Part shown: positions 29,459 through 39,100 of the stretch, in pieces
How positions within the stretch are numbered: the stretch's first letter is position 1
Layout of the letters: the number at the start of each line of letters is the position of its first letter
UHGV virus genome: UHGV-1372779
DNA from: a virus
Reading direction: 5' to 3' (one strand)
DNA length: 64,000 nt
Translations under genes and position numbers: made by a program
The notes under the pieces: model-generated
The model's input: the letters and a program-made list of their open reading frames with translations, nothing else
Databases searched by the model: none
Told to the model about the DNA's origin: nothing

Positions 29459-29689
29459 ATGGTTAAACCTAATGAATTACTATCTCAAGGATTTGAGTTT
29501 ATAAATGATTCTCAAGAAGCTATGATTTATTATATAGATAATAGTCCTAAAAAAGTAATTACTTATCTTGATGGAACATTTGAACTTGGACTTAACGGAT
29601 GTTGCTGGACTCAACTAAATATAGATAATATAAATGATTTAATATTAACAATAGACTTGTTATCTACAGATGGAAACACCTTATGTTGA
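29459..29689 (+). CDS. hypothetical protein
   Basis: ORF track. Confidence 0.4.
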   Translation: MVKPNELLSQGFEFINDSQEAMIYYIDNSPKKVITYLDGTFELGLNGCCWTQLNIDNINDLILTIDLLSTDGNTLC

Positions 29690-30365
29690 TTATTCCGAAT
29701 TTTATAAAAAACTTGAGAATCAAGATGAGAGTTTTTTAAGTTTAGATCCGTTAGAGACTATATCTCCTTTAGAAGTTCCAGTATCTAAACCTAATAAGGA
29801 AACTAAGGAATCTAATCCAATCTTATCTCAAGTAGATAATCCTATTATATTCAGTAAACCAAAGTCTGAGAGCACTCAGACTCTTGATAAGAAGATAAAT
29901 AAAGATAAAGATAAAAAGCCTAATCTAAGAACTCAGATTACTGAATATATAAATAGTTTAGATATAGATAAGCCTTATAAGAACTATCTAATAAGATTAG
30001 CACAAAGAGAGAGTAATTTTAATCCCTCTGTTGTGAATAAACAAGGATATAAAGGATTATTCCAATTAGGAGATTCCGCATTAAAGGATGTTGGAATGAC
30101 TACTAATGACTATATGTCAAATTGGAAAAATCAAGTAGATGCAGTTATTAAATATACTGACAAAAATAGAAGTAGATTATCTACATTAATTAGTTCTAAT
30201 TTAAATAGGAATTGGAATGGAACCCCAATTTCTGAATATGGAATATTAGGAGCTGCCCACTTAGGAGGGGCAACTGGATTAACAGAATTACTTCTTAAAG
30301 GAATCGATAAAAAAGACGCTAATCAGACTTCTATTTCTGATTACTTAACATATTTTAGTTCATAA
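29670..30365 (+). CDS. lytic transglycosylase (SLT domain), likely endolysin or virion-associated murein hydrolase
   Basis: LAQRESNFNPSVVNKQGYKGLFQLG matches the SLT catalytic block (E-S...GLMQ pattern with the catalytic Glu). Last gene of the plus-strand module. Confidence 0.6.
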   Translation: METPYVDYSEFYKKLENQDESFLSLDPLETISPLEVPVSKPNKETKESNPILSQVDNPIIFSKPKSESTQTLDKKINKDKDKKPNLRTQITEYINSLDIDKPYKNYLIRLAQRESNFNPSVVNKQGYKGLFQLGDSALKDVGMTTNDYMSNWKNQVDAVIKYTDKNRSRLSTLISSNLNRNWNGTPISEYGILGAAHLGGATGLTELLLKGIDKKDANQTSISDYLTYFSS

Positions 30366-30371
30366 AATACA

Positions 30372-30417
30372 AATGCCTGTATAGTACTTTATAGTATTAT
30401 ACAGGCATTTATTTTTT
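30372..30417 (+). terminator. rho-independent terminator: 12-bp stem aatgcctgtata / tatacaggcatt, then TATTTTTT
   Basis: Stem 30372-30383 and 30398-30409, T-run to 30417. Confidence 0.6.
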
Positions 30418-30418
30418 G

Positions 30419-30457
30419 GCCTTACAGTACCTTATGGTATTGTAAGGCTATTTTTTT
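30419..30457. terminator. second tandem hairpin (8-bp stem gccttaca / tgtaaggc, then TATTTTTTT) at the convergence point of the two modules
   Basis: Stem 30419-30426 and 30441-30448, T-run 30449-30457. Together with the first hairpin this forms the junction between plus- and minus-strand transcription units. Confidence 0.45.
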
Positions 30458-33400
30458 CTATTCGTTACTAGGTAATAGATTATCTAGAGTTCTTAATGCA
30501 GCAATGTTTCTAGTCATTTCTTTTCCAAAGGATGATTCTCCTTCTACTAACTTAGATAAAGAATCATAAGTTTGTTGAATTCCTTCTACAGTTGCTGATT
30601 TCATGAATATTATAGGAGCAATAGCAGCACCAGGATTTAACTCATCAGTAGATCTAGAGAACATTTGAGTTAATACTGTTTTAGTACCTTTATCAATATC
30701 CCCTTCTTTCTCTATAATACTTCCAATTATGAGTCTTAGCAACATCAACATTAAAGCCTGCCAAGCTATATCAGTCATAAACTGTCTAGCATTTCTAAGT
30801 CTATATGTTAAATTTTCAAATCCCTCATAATCTTCATTTTTTCTAAATCCATTTTTAGCAGCATATTTAAACAACCACCACATACTGTTAACCATTCCCT
30901 CAACAAATCTTCCAGTCCACTCTTCTGCTTTAATAGGAGTAACTTCTGTAGTTTCTTCTAATGTAACATCCCCAGTCTCTGGATCTATTACTTCTTTTAA
31001 ATATAATAGTTCTCCATTTTCATTAGTTTTCTGCCTCCATTCACCTTTAGGAGTTTGATTAGTACCTCCTAGTAGCCATCTTTCCCTAGTAGAGGAGAAA
31101 TACATTTGGAATTGAGAAAATAATTTACCCATTAAAGTATGTCTTACAGCCATAGCATTTTCATGATCCATATAACCAAATAAAGAATCGGAAGATGATT
31201 TAATATTTCTCTTTTCTGCCACAGTGTAAGCCATAGGCAATGCTTCTGGATTGGATTCATTATATTTAAGATTATATCCTTCTTTATTAAACTGTTGAAG
31301 ATGAGCATAGTAAGCAGCTTTCTGATTATTATATTCTGGGTGAGATTTATTTCCCTTTGCAAATTCAGAATACCTCTTATCTTTTTTCCAATCGTATATT
31401 AACTTACCATTTACTATAGAATGAGCATCCATTGCTCCATCATGATACATTTGAGCTGTTAAGAATACCATACGATTTAAGAAGTCTGGAGCTGTAGTTG
31501 CCCAATAAGGTAATCTTCTGGCTAAACCTCTAACTCCTTTTCTATCAGAATATAACATATAAGGTAATCCATTAACGTCCATTTGAGTCATACCATAAGT
31601 ATGATTTAAATGCTCCAACATGGACCAATTATCTCCAAATGGACCTCCTCCATCTCTCATAAATCTACTATAAGCTTTTCTTAAATCATTTACAGTAAAT
31701 GAGTTGTCTCCCATAACTCTATTAGCAGCTCTAGAAGCTAACATATAGAATCCTTGAATTGGTTCTCTAAATAATGAATTAGGGTTTAATCCTAACATCA
31801 TTGATCTAGTCACTGCAGCAAAGGTATTAACCATTTTGAGAGTTTTAAGTCTTTCTGCTCCTTGTGGTCCAGGCTCATTAAATATAACAGTTCTGATATA
31901 TAAATCAATTTGTTTTCTTAAGTCATCTATCGGAATTTTACCATCATATGCATATAAGTTTACTGCATTCTTCATATCATGGATAAATGGAAGTAAATCA
32001 TCAAAGATTTTCTTTCTAATAGAAGCATGAGCAAATACATCTTCTAATAATTCTAGATTAGTTTCCCAATATCCAGTATCTTGTTCAGATAATAATTCTG
32101 CTCTTCTGGCTTCATTAATATTTAAGAAATTATACATATGAGTATAGTCCCCAACCTGATTTTTTATATCTTGCTCTTGAGATCCTAAAATTCTTCTCAT
32201 ATCAGCAGCTTCATTCCATTTATCTTTCAGCCACTTAGTGTAACTCTTATTCTTTAATTGACTAAAAGCAGTTCCTCTTAGTAATGGAACATCAAAATAA
32301 TGACCACTTTCCATTAATCTTTGAACTTCTGGAGTTTTTACTGCCTCTGATTCAGATATATTAGGATCAGTTATTCCAGTTCTAGTTTTATTTATTGTCC
32401 ATAAGAAGTCCTTTAACCACTTTCTTTCAGCATCAGTTAATGTAGAATCAGGATCATAAGGATTTTTAACCTTAAATTCTGAAGATATTTTTCCATTTGA
32501 ATCTCTTATGAACATATTATCAAATGCATTAGTAGCATTTTGAAATGTCCATCTACCAGCTTGAGTATATCCTTTGGTTTTATATAGATTTAATACTCTT
32601 TGCAAAGATTCTTCTTTATATTTATCATATTCTACCCTAATTTTCTGTAAACCCAACTCAGTAGTATCTACTATAGCTTTCATTACTGGATTTTTAACTA
32701 GTTCTGGGTTATCTAATAAATATCCATTAATTAATAATGTCTCCTTCATGTTATTTAAATTTACCCCAATATCATGAATATCGTGATCTAAATTGAAGTA
32801 AATATTATTATAATGTAATATTAATTGAGACAACTTTCTATGAACTATCCAGGCCTCATTACCATAGTTTGCCTCCTCATTGAAGTTTACATTAGGATTA
32901 TTAGATTTTATTATTTCTTGTAATTGTCTAAGCATTTTAATTTTATGCTCACCAGTCATATTATTTAAATCTACTCCTGAATATAAGTCATATATTTGAT
33001 CACTAGCTTTTTTACTAATCTCAGTTCTGTCTTTATTTAATATCCCTAATATAGAAGTTTTTATTGCTTCTAAAGGATCAGCAAATTGTAGATTTCCTTT
33101 CTCAAAATTATTTTCTATATCCAATCTGTCAGTTAAGTACTTAAAGTTATTTCTTAATTGAGTTAAATCGGCATAATCAGATTGGCCTAATTTATGATTA
33201 ACTACTTGAATATTTCCTATTTGATAATTGGCAAATTGATCAGATAATGCATTAATAGCTAAAAGAGTTTGTAGTAATTTAGCATTTCCAGCTGTGGCAG
33301 TCATTACTCCTTTTAAATTTTTGGTAGAAGCTGATGAAGCAACATTAGCTAGGATACTATTGTATTTATATTGTAGATCCAATTCATGTTTGTTATCTAC

Positions 33401-34909
33401 ATCAGACATAGTAACAAAATTGACTATGTTAGTTCCAGTATCAACAAAGGCATATATACCTAATTGAGTTAATTCTGGAAGATCTTCCATCATTTCATAA
33501 GCACTATTATCTATGAATGAAGAGAATACGGTAGATAAATAAGCATGTACATTAGAGTCCTTGAAATTAAAAGGATCTCTACTGGATAAATTCTTTCCTG
33601 ATCTTTTTAATTGGGAGAATTGTTTCCATATATTAACAAAGTATCCTTCTTGATCATAGTCCTCTTTTTCAGCTAGATAAGCCTTAATTTTATCATTTAA
33701 TTCAGATTCAGAATATGCAACTATTTCTGGGAATTCTTTATTTTCTCTACCATGTATATAATCCTTAAATGACCACTTGTTTCCTTCTTTCTTTACATAT
33801 TTTCTTTTGAATTGCTCTTCTGTAAGAGCTGAGATTTTTCCAAAAGCTATTTCAGATAAATTACCTACATTATATGTAAAATCAGAATCTATATTTACTC
33901 TAGGAACACTAGATGATATATGCTGACTTACTATATTAGAATAATGTCCTCTAGGAAATTTAAGATTATCAAAATTTACTACTAATCTATTTTCTACATT
34001 GCCAATTTGAAAGGAATCAAAAGTTTCATTTTCATAATTTGGAGAAGGTATAACTATTGGAACTATATTTAATCCCATGTTAGATACCGGAATGCCTTTA
34101 TTAGCTAATAAAGCTCTATATGCAGCTAATTGATAATCAACATTAATCTTTTTAGCAGAACTCCAACCTTCAATGGGTTTAGTAGATACTTTAAAATCAT
34201 ATAAGTCTACATGTCCTCTATCATCAACTGTTAATAAGTCAATTCTACCTATAAGAGGATCTGAATTATCATCAGTAGTTTCAATAGTAACCTCTGGTAG
34301 GAATTCTACGTGTTTGCTTCCTGATATAGTATCTTTCAAAGACTCAAAAGACCTAATAAGATTATCAATAGTCTCCCTTGGAAGATTTACAACAGAGTAT
34401 ATATCATCACTATTAACATTTTCTGAGAAAAACATTTCTGCAACCTTATGAACTTTATCTCCAATTTTAGCAATGTGTTCAAAGTTCTTTATATTATTTT
34501 GAACCTGTTCATTAGCTTCAGACTCACTTAATCCTTCTTTTTCCATGAGATTTTTAGTCTCATTCTTTATATATTCAGATTCTATAAATTCTGGAACTAC
34601 CCTACTCCCATCTGGAGTTCTCCAATTAGATATAGCTTTAGTAATAGCTAATTTTTTAGGAGTCTTAATTTCATATTCTTGAGTTAATTCATTAAATACT
34701 GTGGAAGGTGTTACCACAGTATTTAATGATAATATCTTGGATTTCATGTTAGATTGTAAGGAGTTAGTTTCATCAAAAACAATATCATTGAATTGATTAT
34801 AACTAGCTAATACATTATAATGTTCCTTTATATATTTCTCTAATTCCTTTTCAGTATTAACTTCTGTTACTTTCTTCCCATTAATACTTAATATATATTT
34901 ACAAGCCAT
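30458..34909 (-). CDS. giant virion-associated protein (1483 aa) with an N-terminal PD-(D/E)xK-like motif
   Basis: ORF track. GRIDLLTVDDRGHVDLYDFKVSTK (nt about 34180-34270) has the hhDhh...DhxDxK layout of PD-(D/E)xK nucleases. Last gene of the minus-strand operon. Confidence 0.55.
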   Translation of the reverse strand: MACKYILSINGKKVTEVNTEKELEKYIKEHYNVLASYNQFNDIVFDETNSLQSNMKSKILSLNTVVTPSTVFNELTQEYEIKTPKKLAITKAISNWRTPDGSRVVPEFIESEYIKNETKNLMEKEGLSESEANEQVQNNIKNFEHIAKIGDKVHKVAEMFFSENVNSDDIYSVVNLPRETIDNLIRSFESLKDTISGSKHVEFLPEVTIETTDDNSDPLIGRIDLLTVDDRGHVDLYDFKVSTKPIEGWSSAKKINVDYQLAAYRALLANKGIPVSNMGLNIVPIVIPSPNYENETFDSFQIGNVENRLVVNFDNLKFPRGHYSNIVSQHISSSVPRVNIDSDFTYNVGNLSEIAFGKISALTEEQFKRKYVKKEGNKWSFKDYIHGRENKEFPEIVAYSESELNDKIKAYLAEKEDYDQEGYFVNIWKQFSQLKRSGKNLSSRDPFNFKDSNVHAYLSTVFSSFIDNSAYEMMEDLPELTQLGIYAFVDTGTNIVNFVTMSDVDNKHELDLQYKYNSILANVASSASTKNLKGVMTATAGNAKLLQTLLAINALSDQFANYQIGNIQVVNHKLGQSDYADLTQLRNNFKYLTDRLDIENNFEKGNLQFADPLEAIKTSILGILNKDRTEISKKASDQIYDLYSGVDLNNMTGEHKIKMLRQLQEIIKSNNPNVNFNEEANYGNEAWIVHRKLSQLILHYNNIYFNLDHDIHDIGVNLNNMKETLLINGYLLDNPELVKNPVMKAIVDTTELGLQKIRVEYDKYKEESLQRVLNLYKTKGYTQAGRWTFQNATNAFDNMFIRDSNGKISSEFKVKNPYDPDSTLTDAERKWLKDFLWTINKTRTGITDPNISESEAVKTPEVQRLMESGHYFDVPLLRGTAFSQLKNKSYTKWLKDKWNEAADMRRILGSQEQDIKNQVGDYTHMYNFLNINEARRAELLSEQDTGYWETNLELLEDVFAHASIRKKIFDDLLPFIHDMKNAVNLYAYDGKIPIDDLRKQIDLYIRTVIFNEPGPQGAERLKTLKMVNTFAAVTRSMMLGLNPNSLFREPIQGFYMLASRAANRVMGDNSFTVNDLRKAYSRFMRDGGGPFGDNWSMLEHLNHTYGMTQMDVNGLPYMLYSDRKGVRGLARRLPYWATTAPDFLNRMVFLTAQMYHDGAMDAHSIVNGKLIYDWKKDKRYSEFAKGNKSHPEYNNQKAAYYAHLQQFNKEGYNLKYNESNPEALPMAYTVAEKRNIKSSSDSLFGYMDHENAMAVRHTLMGKLFSQFQMYFSSTRERWLLGGTNQTPKGEWRQKTNENGELLYLKEVIDPETGDVTLEETTEVTPIKAEEWTGRFVEGMVNSMWWLFKYAAKNGFRKNEDYEGFENLTYRLRNARQFMTDIAWQALMLMLLRLIIGSIIEKEGDIDKGTKTVLTQMFSRSTDELNPGAAIAPIIFMKSATVEGIQQTYDSLSKLVEGESSFGKEMTRNIAALRTLDNLLPSNE

Positions 34910-34912
34910 ATA

Positions 34913-37900
34913 TTAACATTTTTCAATTAAATTTCCAGAATTTAATAATGATGATTTTATATTATTAATAGTTCTATGTAAAAAGGCTTTATTTAAATTA
35001 TCGGCATTAAATAAAGAATATTTAGGATTAGCTGATTGTGCTAATAAACTATTAAATTCCATCACTATTTTTTCTAAAGGCATATTGGATAATTCCTTAC
35101 TTAAAACTTCTGCACTCTTGTTTCCAACTTCTGCAATATTTAAATCTAATCCATTGGATAAGATATTTAAATAATCGTTAAAGAAATTATTAGATTGTAA
35201 CAAATTATTAATATTGAAGTTATCAGAACTAAATATTCCTTGTAAGGATTTAGCTACAGCATCAACAAATGCTTCTTCTTTAGCATCAGAAAGTACTCTA
35301 TTTTGCATTACTTTTCTATACCTTTCAGTAAATCCAGATAATTCAGAAGCTTTATCTATTAATAGATTATATCTTTCTGGAGTAGTTTGTTTCATTACTC
35401 CCATTATAATATGCATAAGCTCATGCAGAGGAGAAGATAGTGAAGCTTTATCGGTATTCACATATACTTTATTTCCTAGGATAAATGCGCTAGATTGTTT
35501 AAGTTTAGTTGCTATATAAGGTGTTATATCTGGATTTTTATTTGCAATCCAATCTTTTATAGTAGCATCATCTATTACATTTATTATATTATTATAAGTA
35601 TTATTTATGTTACTTATGATCCTGTTAAGAATTTTCTTTTGGTTAAATCTATCAATAGTTTGGATAAAATAAGAACTTTCCTTAGGAGTAAATTGTTTAT
35701 CAGATAGAATATTATTTATTCTATCAGTTTTTGACTTATTAACAGGATAATAAAGTTCTACTATTTTATATTTCCCAGATTTAAGATCATTAAAGTTTAT
35801 ATTCCATTTGTTAGAATAGGTCTTCCCATCTAATCCTAGTATTTCCGATTCCAATTTAATTCCTTTATCAGTTTTAGATAGTATTCTTAAATACTTAGTT
35901 GTCTTTTTTCTATTATTAGAATCATATTGAATTTTAACAACATCTTGTACATCCAAAATTTCTGGAATCTTAATAGGATCTATTTGAGTAACCTTATTTA
36001 CATAATTAAAACCAGTAGCATTTGGAAGTTGTATATTATATTGAGTTCCATTAGAATATATAGTTTTTCTTAATCCATATAACTTACCGTCCTTAGAATT
36101 TATTTTATTTTGTTTTATATACTCTTCAGTAAGATCAATATAATCTCCAGATTTAATAAGTTTACTTATAGAGTCTGATATAATTACAGCTCTTCCTTTT
36201 TCCACTCCTTTCTCTTTAGAATCCCTAAATTTTTCTCTAAATTCTAAAGAACTATCCTTAGGAGCTATATATTTAACTTCAGTAACCTGAGTCCAATTGG
36301 TTGATTTATTAAACATATTAGATTTAGATAGAGCATCATCGTAAGATAAGGCATAAGTAGAGTGATTCATATCATATAATCTGCTTACTCTTTTACTATT
36401 ATATTCTCTAATATCAGAATGTCCACTTATTCCTAATTCATATATAGGGTTAGCTGCAAATCCCACATATATAATCTGATCTAAAGAAATATTTTTTCTA
36501 AACATATCTGTAGATCCATCTGGCCTATAGTATCCCGGAACCTCAATGATATTATTTAATATGTCTGCTCTAGAAACAATTCCTACATACTGCCTTCCAT
36601 TCTCTTCATATTTAATAATATCCCCTCTTTGTAACTTTGCTGCCTCTTCTGCAATATTAGATTCATCAGTATTTATTATATCATACAAGTCATTGAATGA
36701 TGTGGCAGTATTAGAATCTCCATTAAATACCCACTTTCCATCTATTAGCTCAAAAGCATTATTAATTTGAGATTTTTGAGTATTTAAGTGTTCTACTAAT
36801 TCAACATCTTCTGTATTGTTATAATATAAAGCAACTAAACTAGGAATAGGTCTATTAATTCCCTGATCAAATAAAACATTAGGCTCTATAGTTTTTAAAT
36901 CGACCATAGAAACTCTAGAAGTGGCAACTCCTTCTTCAGCTCTATTTTTATTTAAGAAGTATATATGATCTCCATCTATACCAATTACCATATGCTTACT
37001 AATTATAGGTCTTCCAGAATTAGTTGTTCCAAACCATTGAACTGCTACTGAATCTCCTATTTTTAATTGTTTGACTTTAGATCTTCTAAAATCAACAACT
37101 GATCTAGTATCAGCAGCCCCCACAAAATCTCCATTTAATTGTCTAGGAGATTCAGAATCCTCTTTTAGTCCAGGCAATGAGAACCATACACTTTGATATA
37201 AAGACCTATTTTTAGTAGATTCTAAATATTTGTTATAATCACTAGTAAACTCATTATGAATTCTAACTAATTCAGGGTGATTTTGTTTATTAAATATAGC
37301 TTCTTGTACATCATTAAATTTGTACAATTTACTAAAATATTTACCTTCTGCACTTTTTAATGCTACTTCTACAACAGTTCCAAAGGTTCTTAAAACCGGA
37401 GCAAAATATTCGAATCTTTCCCATTTATCACCTTTCTTAATTGGAGTAGATACTTTTACAATATCTCCTCTTCTAAGTTCTTGGTTAATTAAATTATTAC
37501 TTCCCTCTTTAGTTTTTAATCTAAATCCTCCCTTACCAGTGTTATAATATGTAAACTCTTTTCCAGTTCTAGTTGCAATTCCTAATTCTCTTAGTAAAGG
37601 TTGATTATCATAATCTCCAGAATTTAAACCTTCATCAAACTGATCTTTTACAGATTTTATTATTTCTATATCTATAGCTTCTCTGTCTAATTTACCATAG
37701 AATTTTCTAAATACTGGGTCTAAATTTTTCTCTGATAATAAATTTACTAGGTCTGTATAAGATATAGTAACTGGACTAACTCCATTACTTCCAAATTGTT
37801 TTAATACTGTTATAAGAGTTTCTCCTTTATCGTTTTTCCATATAGATCTAATAGGAAGATATTGTTTACTTGAAAAATATTTATCATCAAATTTTCCAAA

Positions 37901-39100
37901 TAAAACTTCTCCTTTAGATTTAGATATATTAGGAATTAATATTAAATCTCCTGGAGATAAACTATACAATTGTAAAGGAGACTCAAGTTTTACAGGCTCT
38001 GAATAATTAAGATCATATTTATATTTAGAGACCTTTTCATTAAGTTCAGAAGATGTTTCAATATAGTTCTTCCAAATAAAATCAGATACCTTTTTATAAT
38101 CTGATGAAATTTCTTTAGGAATAATTTGGTCTATATATTCTGAATCATATTTTCCTACAAAAGGAGGAACTTCAAATCTATTATCTACACTACTCCAATA
38201 AACTTCTTTAGGATCAAATTCAGTTGTTTTATCACCTCCATAAACGTATACAGGCTCTTTGCCATCCCATACTTTTTCTGCGCTAACATTGTCTAAATTA
38301 ATTCTATCAGCAATTATTCCAATATTAGAATCAATGTTAAATAATCTAGTAGTAAACTCTCTTCCTGCTCCTTCATTTAAATCAAAATTGAGAGCTTCTC
38401 TATACTTAGGATCTGCCAAAATATAAGAAACAAATTCTGTAAGATTCAAATATCCTTTATCCCCTGTTACTTTATTAACAAAGTCCTTGATAACAGGATT
38501 TGATTCTTTATTTTTTCTAGCAGTCTCAAAAACATTATAAGCTATTTCACTTATTCTTGAGAAATTTTCATTACTTTTAGGGATATTATTAAAATATAAA
38601 TGCAACATTTCATGATATAAATCTCTTAGAGTGTCTTCATTAAATCCTTCTTTAGTATTTAAAATTATGAAGTTATTTTTTAATAAAGTTCCTCTAATTC
38701 CTGTAGTGCCGTCAATATTTAAATTTATATTTTCTCCCTCAAGTAATAATATTTGAACTTGATTATTAGGTACTCCTAGATTTTCTAATTTGTTTCTTAG
38801 ATTATTGAAATCTTCTTTTAATTCATCATTTTGAATATAATCTACTTGTTCAGAAATAGTTTGTAAATCAAAATTTCCCAATAAAGGTTCTCCATTAGAG
38901 TATTCAATACTAATACTCATAGGATTTAATTGAGATAATCTAGATTTAATATCTAATAAATCCTCCGTAGATAATCCAGAAAAAGCTTCTAGTATCATAC
39001 TAGGATTTAAATTAGTGTCTTCTGTAAAGTTGGTTTGGACAGGAATCTCATATTCCTGTCCACCTACTTTATACTTAATAAATATTTTACAATTACTCAC
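34913..39100 (-). CDS. giant virion-associated protein (1395 aa) with two HExxH zincin-like motifs
   Basis: ORF track. DLYHEMLHLYF (H163-H167, nt 38600-38614) and SSPLHELMHIIMG (H1226-H1230, nt 35411-35425). Confidence 0.55.
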   Translation of the reverse strand: MSNCKIFIKYKVGGQEYEIPVQTNFTEDTNLNPSMILEAFSGLSTEDLLDIKSRLSQLNPMSISIEYSNGEPLLGNFDLQTISEQVDYIQNDELKEDFNNLRNKLENLGVPNNQVQILLLEGENINLNIDGTTGIRGTLLKNNFIILNTKEGFNEDTLRDLYHEMLHLYFNNIPKSNENFSRISEIAYNVFETARKNKESNPVIKDFVNKVTGDKGYLNLTEFVSYILADPKYREALNFDLNEGAGREFTTRLFNIDSNIGIIADRINLDNVSAEKVWDGKEPVYVYGGDKTTEFDPKEVYWSSVDNRFEVPPFVGKYDSEYIDQIIPKEISSDYKKVSDFIWKNYIETSSELNEKVSKYKYDLNYSEPVKLESPLQLYSLSPGDLILIPNISKSKGEVLFGKFDDKYFSSKQYLPIRSIWKNDKGETLITVLKQFGSNGVSPVTISYTDLVNLLSEKNLDPVFRKFYGKLDREAIDIEIIKSVKDQFDEGLNSGDYDNQPLLRELGIATRTGKEFTYYNTGKGGFRLKTKEGSNNLINQELRRGDIVKVSTPIKKGDKWERFEYFAPVLRTFGTVVEVALKSAEGKYFSKLYKFNDVQEAIFNKQNHPELVRIHNEFTSDYNKYLESTKNRSLYQSVWFSLPGLKEDSESPRQLNGDFVGAADTRSVVDFRRSKVKQLKIGDSVAVQWFGTTNSGRPIISKHMVIGIDGDHIYFLNKNRAEEGVATSRVSMVDLKTIEPNVLFDQGINRPIPSLVALYYNNTEDVELVEHLNTQKSQINNAFELIDGKWVFNGDSNTATSFNDLYDIINTDESNIAEEAAKLQRGDIIKYEENGRQYVGIVSRADILNNIIEVPGYYRPDGSTDMFRKNISLDQIIYVGFAANPIYELGISGHSDIREYNSKRVSRLYDMNHSTYALSYDDALSKSNMFNKSTNWTQVTEVKYIAPKDSSLEFREKFRDSKEKGVEKGRAVIISDSISKLIKSGDYIDLTEEYIKQNKINSKDGKLYGLRKTIYSNGTQYNIQLPNATGFNYVNKVTQIDPIKIPEILDVQDVVKIQYDSNNRKKTTKYLRILSKTDKGIKLESEILGLDGKTYSNKWNINFNDLKSGKYKIVELYYPVNKSKTDRINNILSDKQFTPKESSYFIQTIDRFNQKKILNRIISNINNTYNNIINVIDDATIKDWIANKNPDITPYIATKLKQSSAFILGNKVYVNTDKASLSSPLHELMHIIMGVMKQTTPERYNLLIDKASELSGFTERYRKVMQNRVLSDAKEEAFVDAVAKSLQGIFSSDNFNINNLLQSNNFFNDYLNILSNGLDLNIAEVGNKSAEVLSKELSNMPLEKIVMEFNSLLAQSANPKYSLFNADNLNKAFLHRTINNIKSSLLNSGNLIEKC

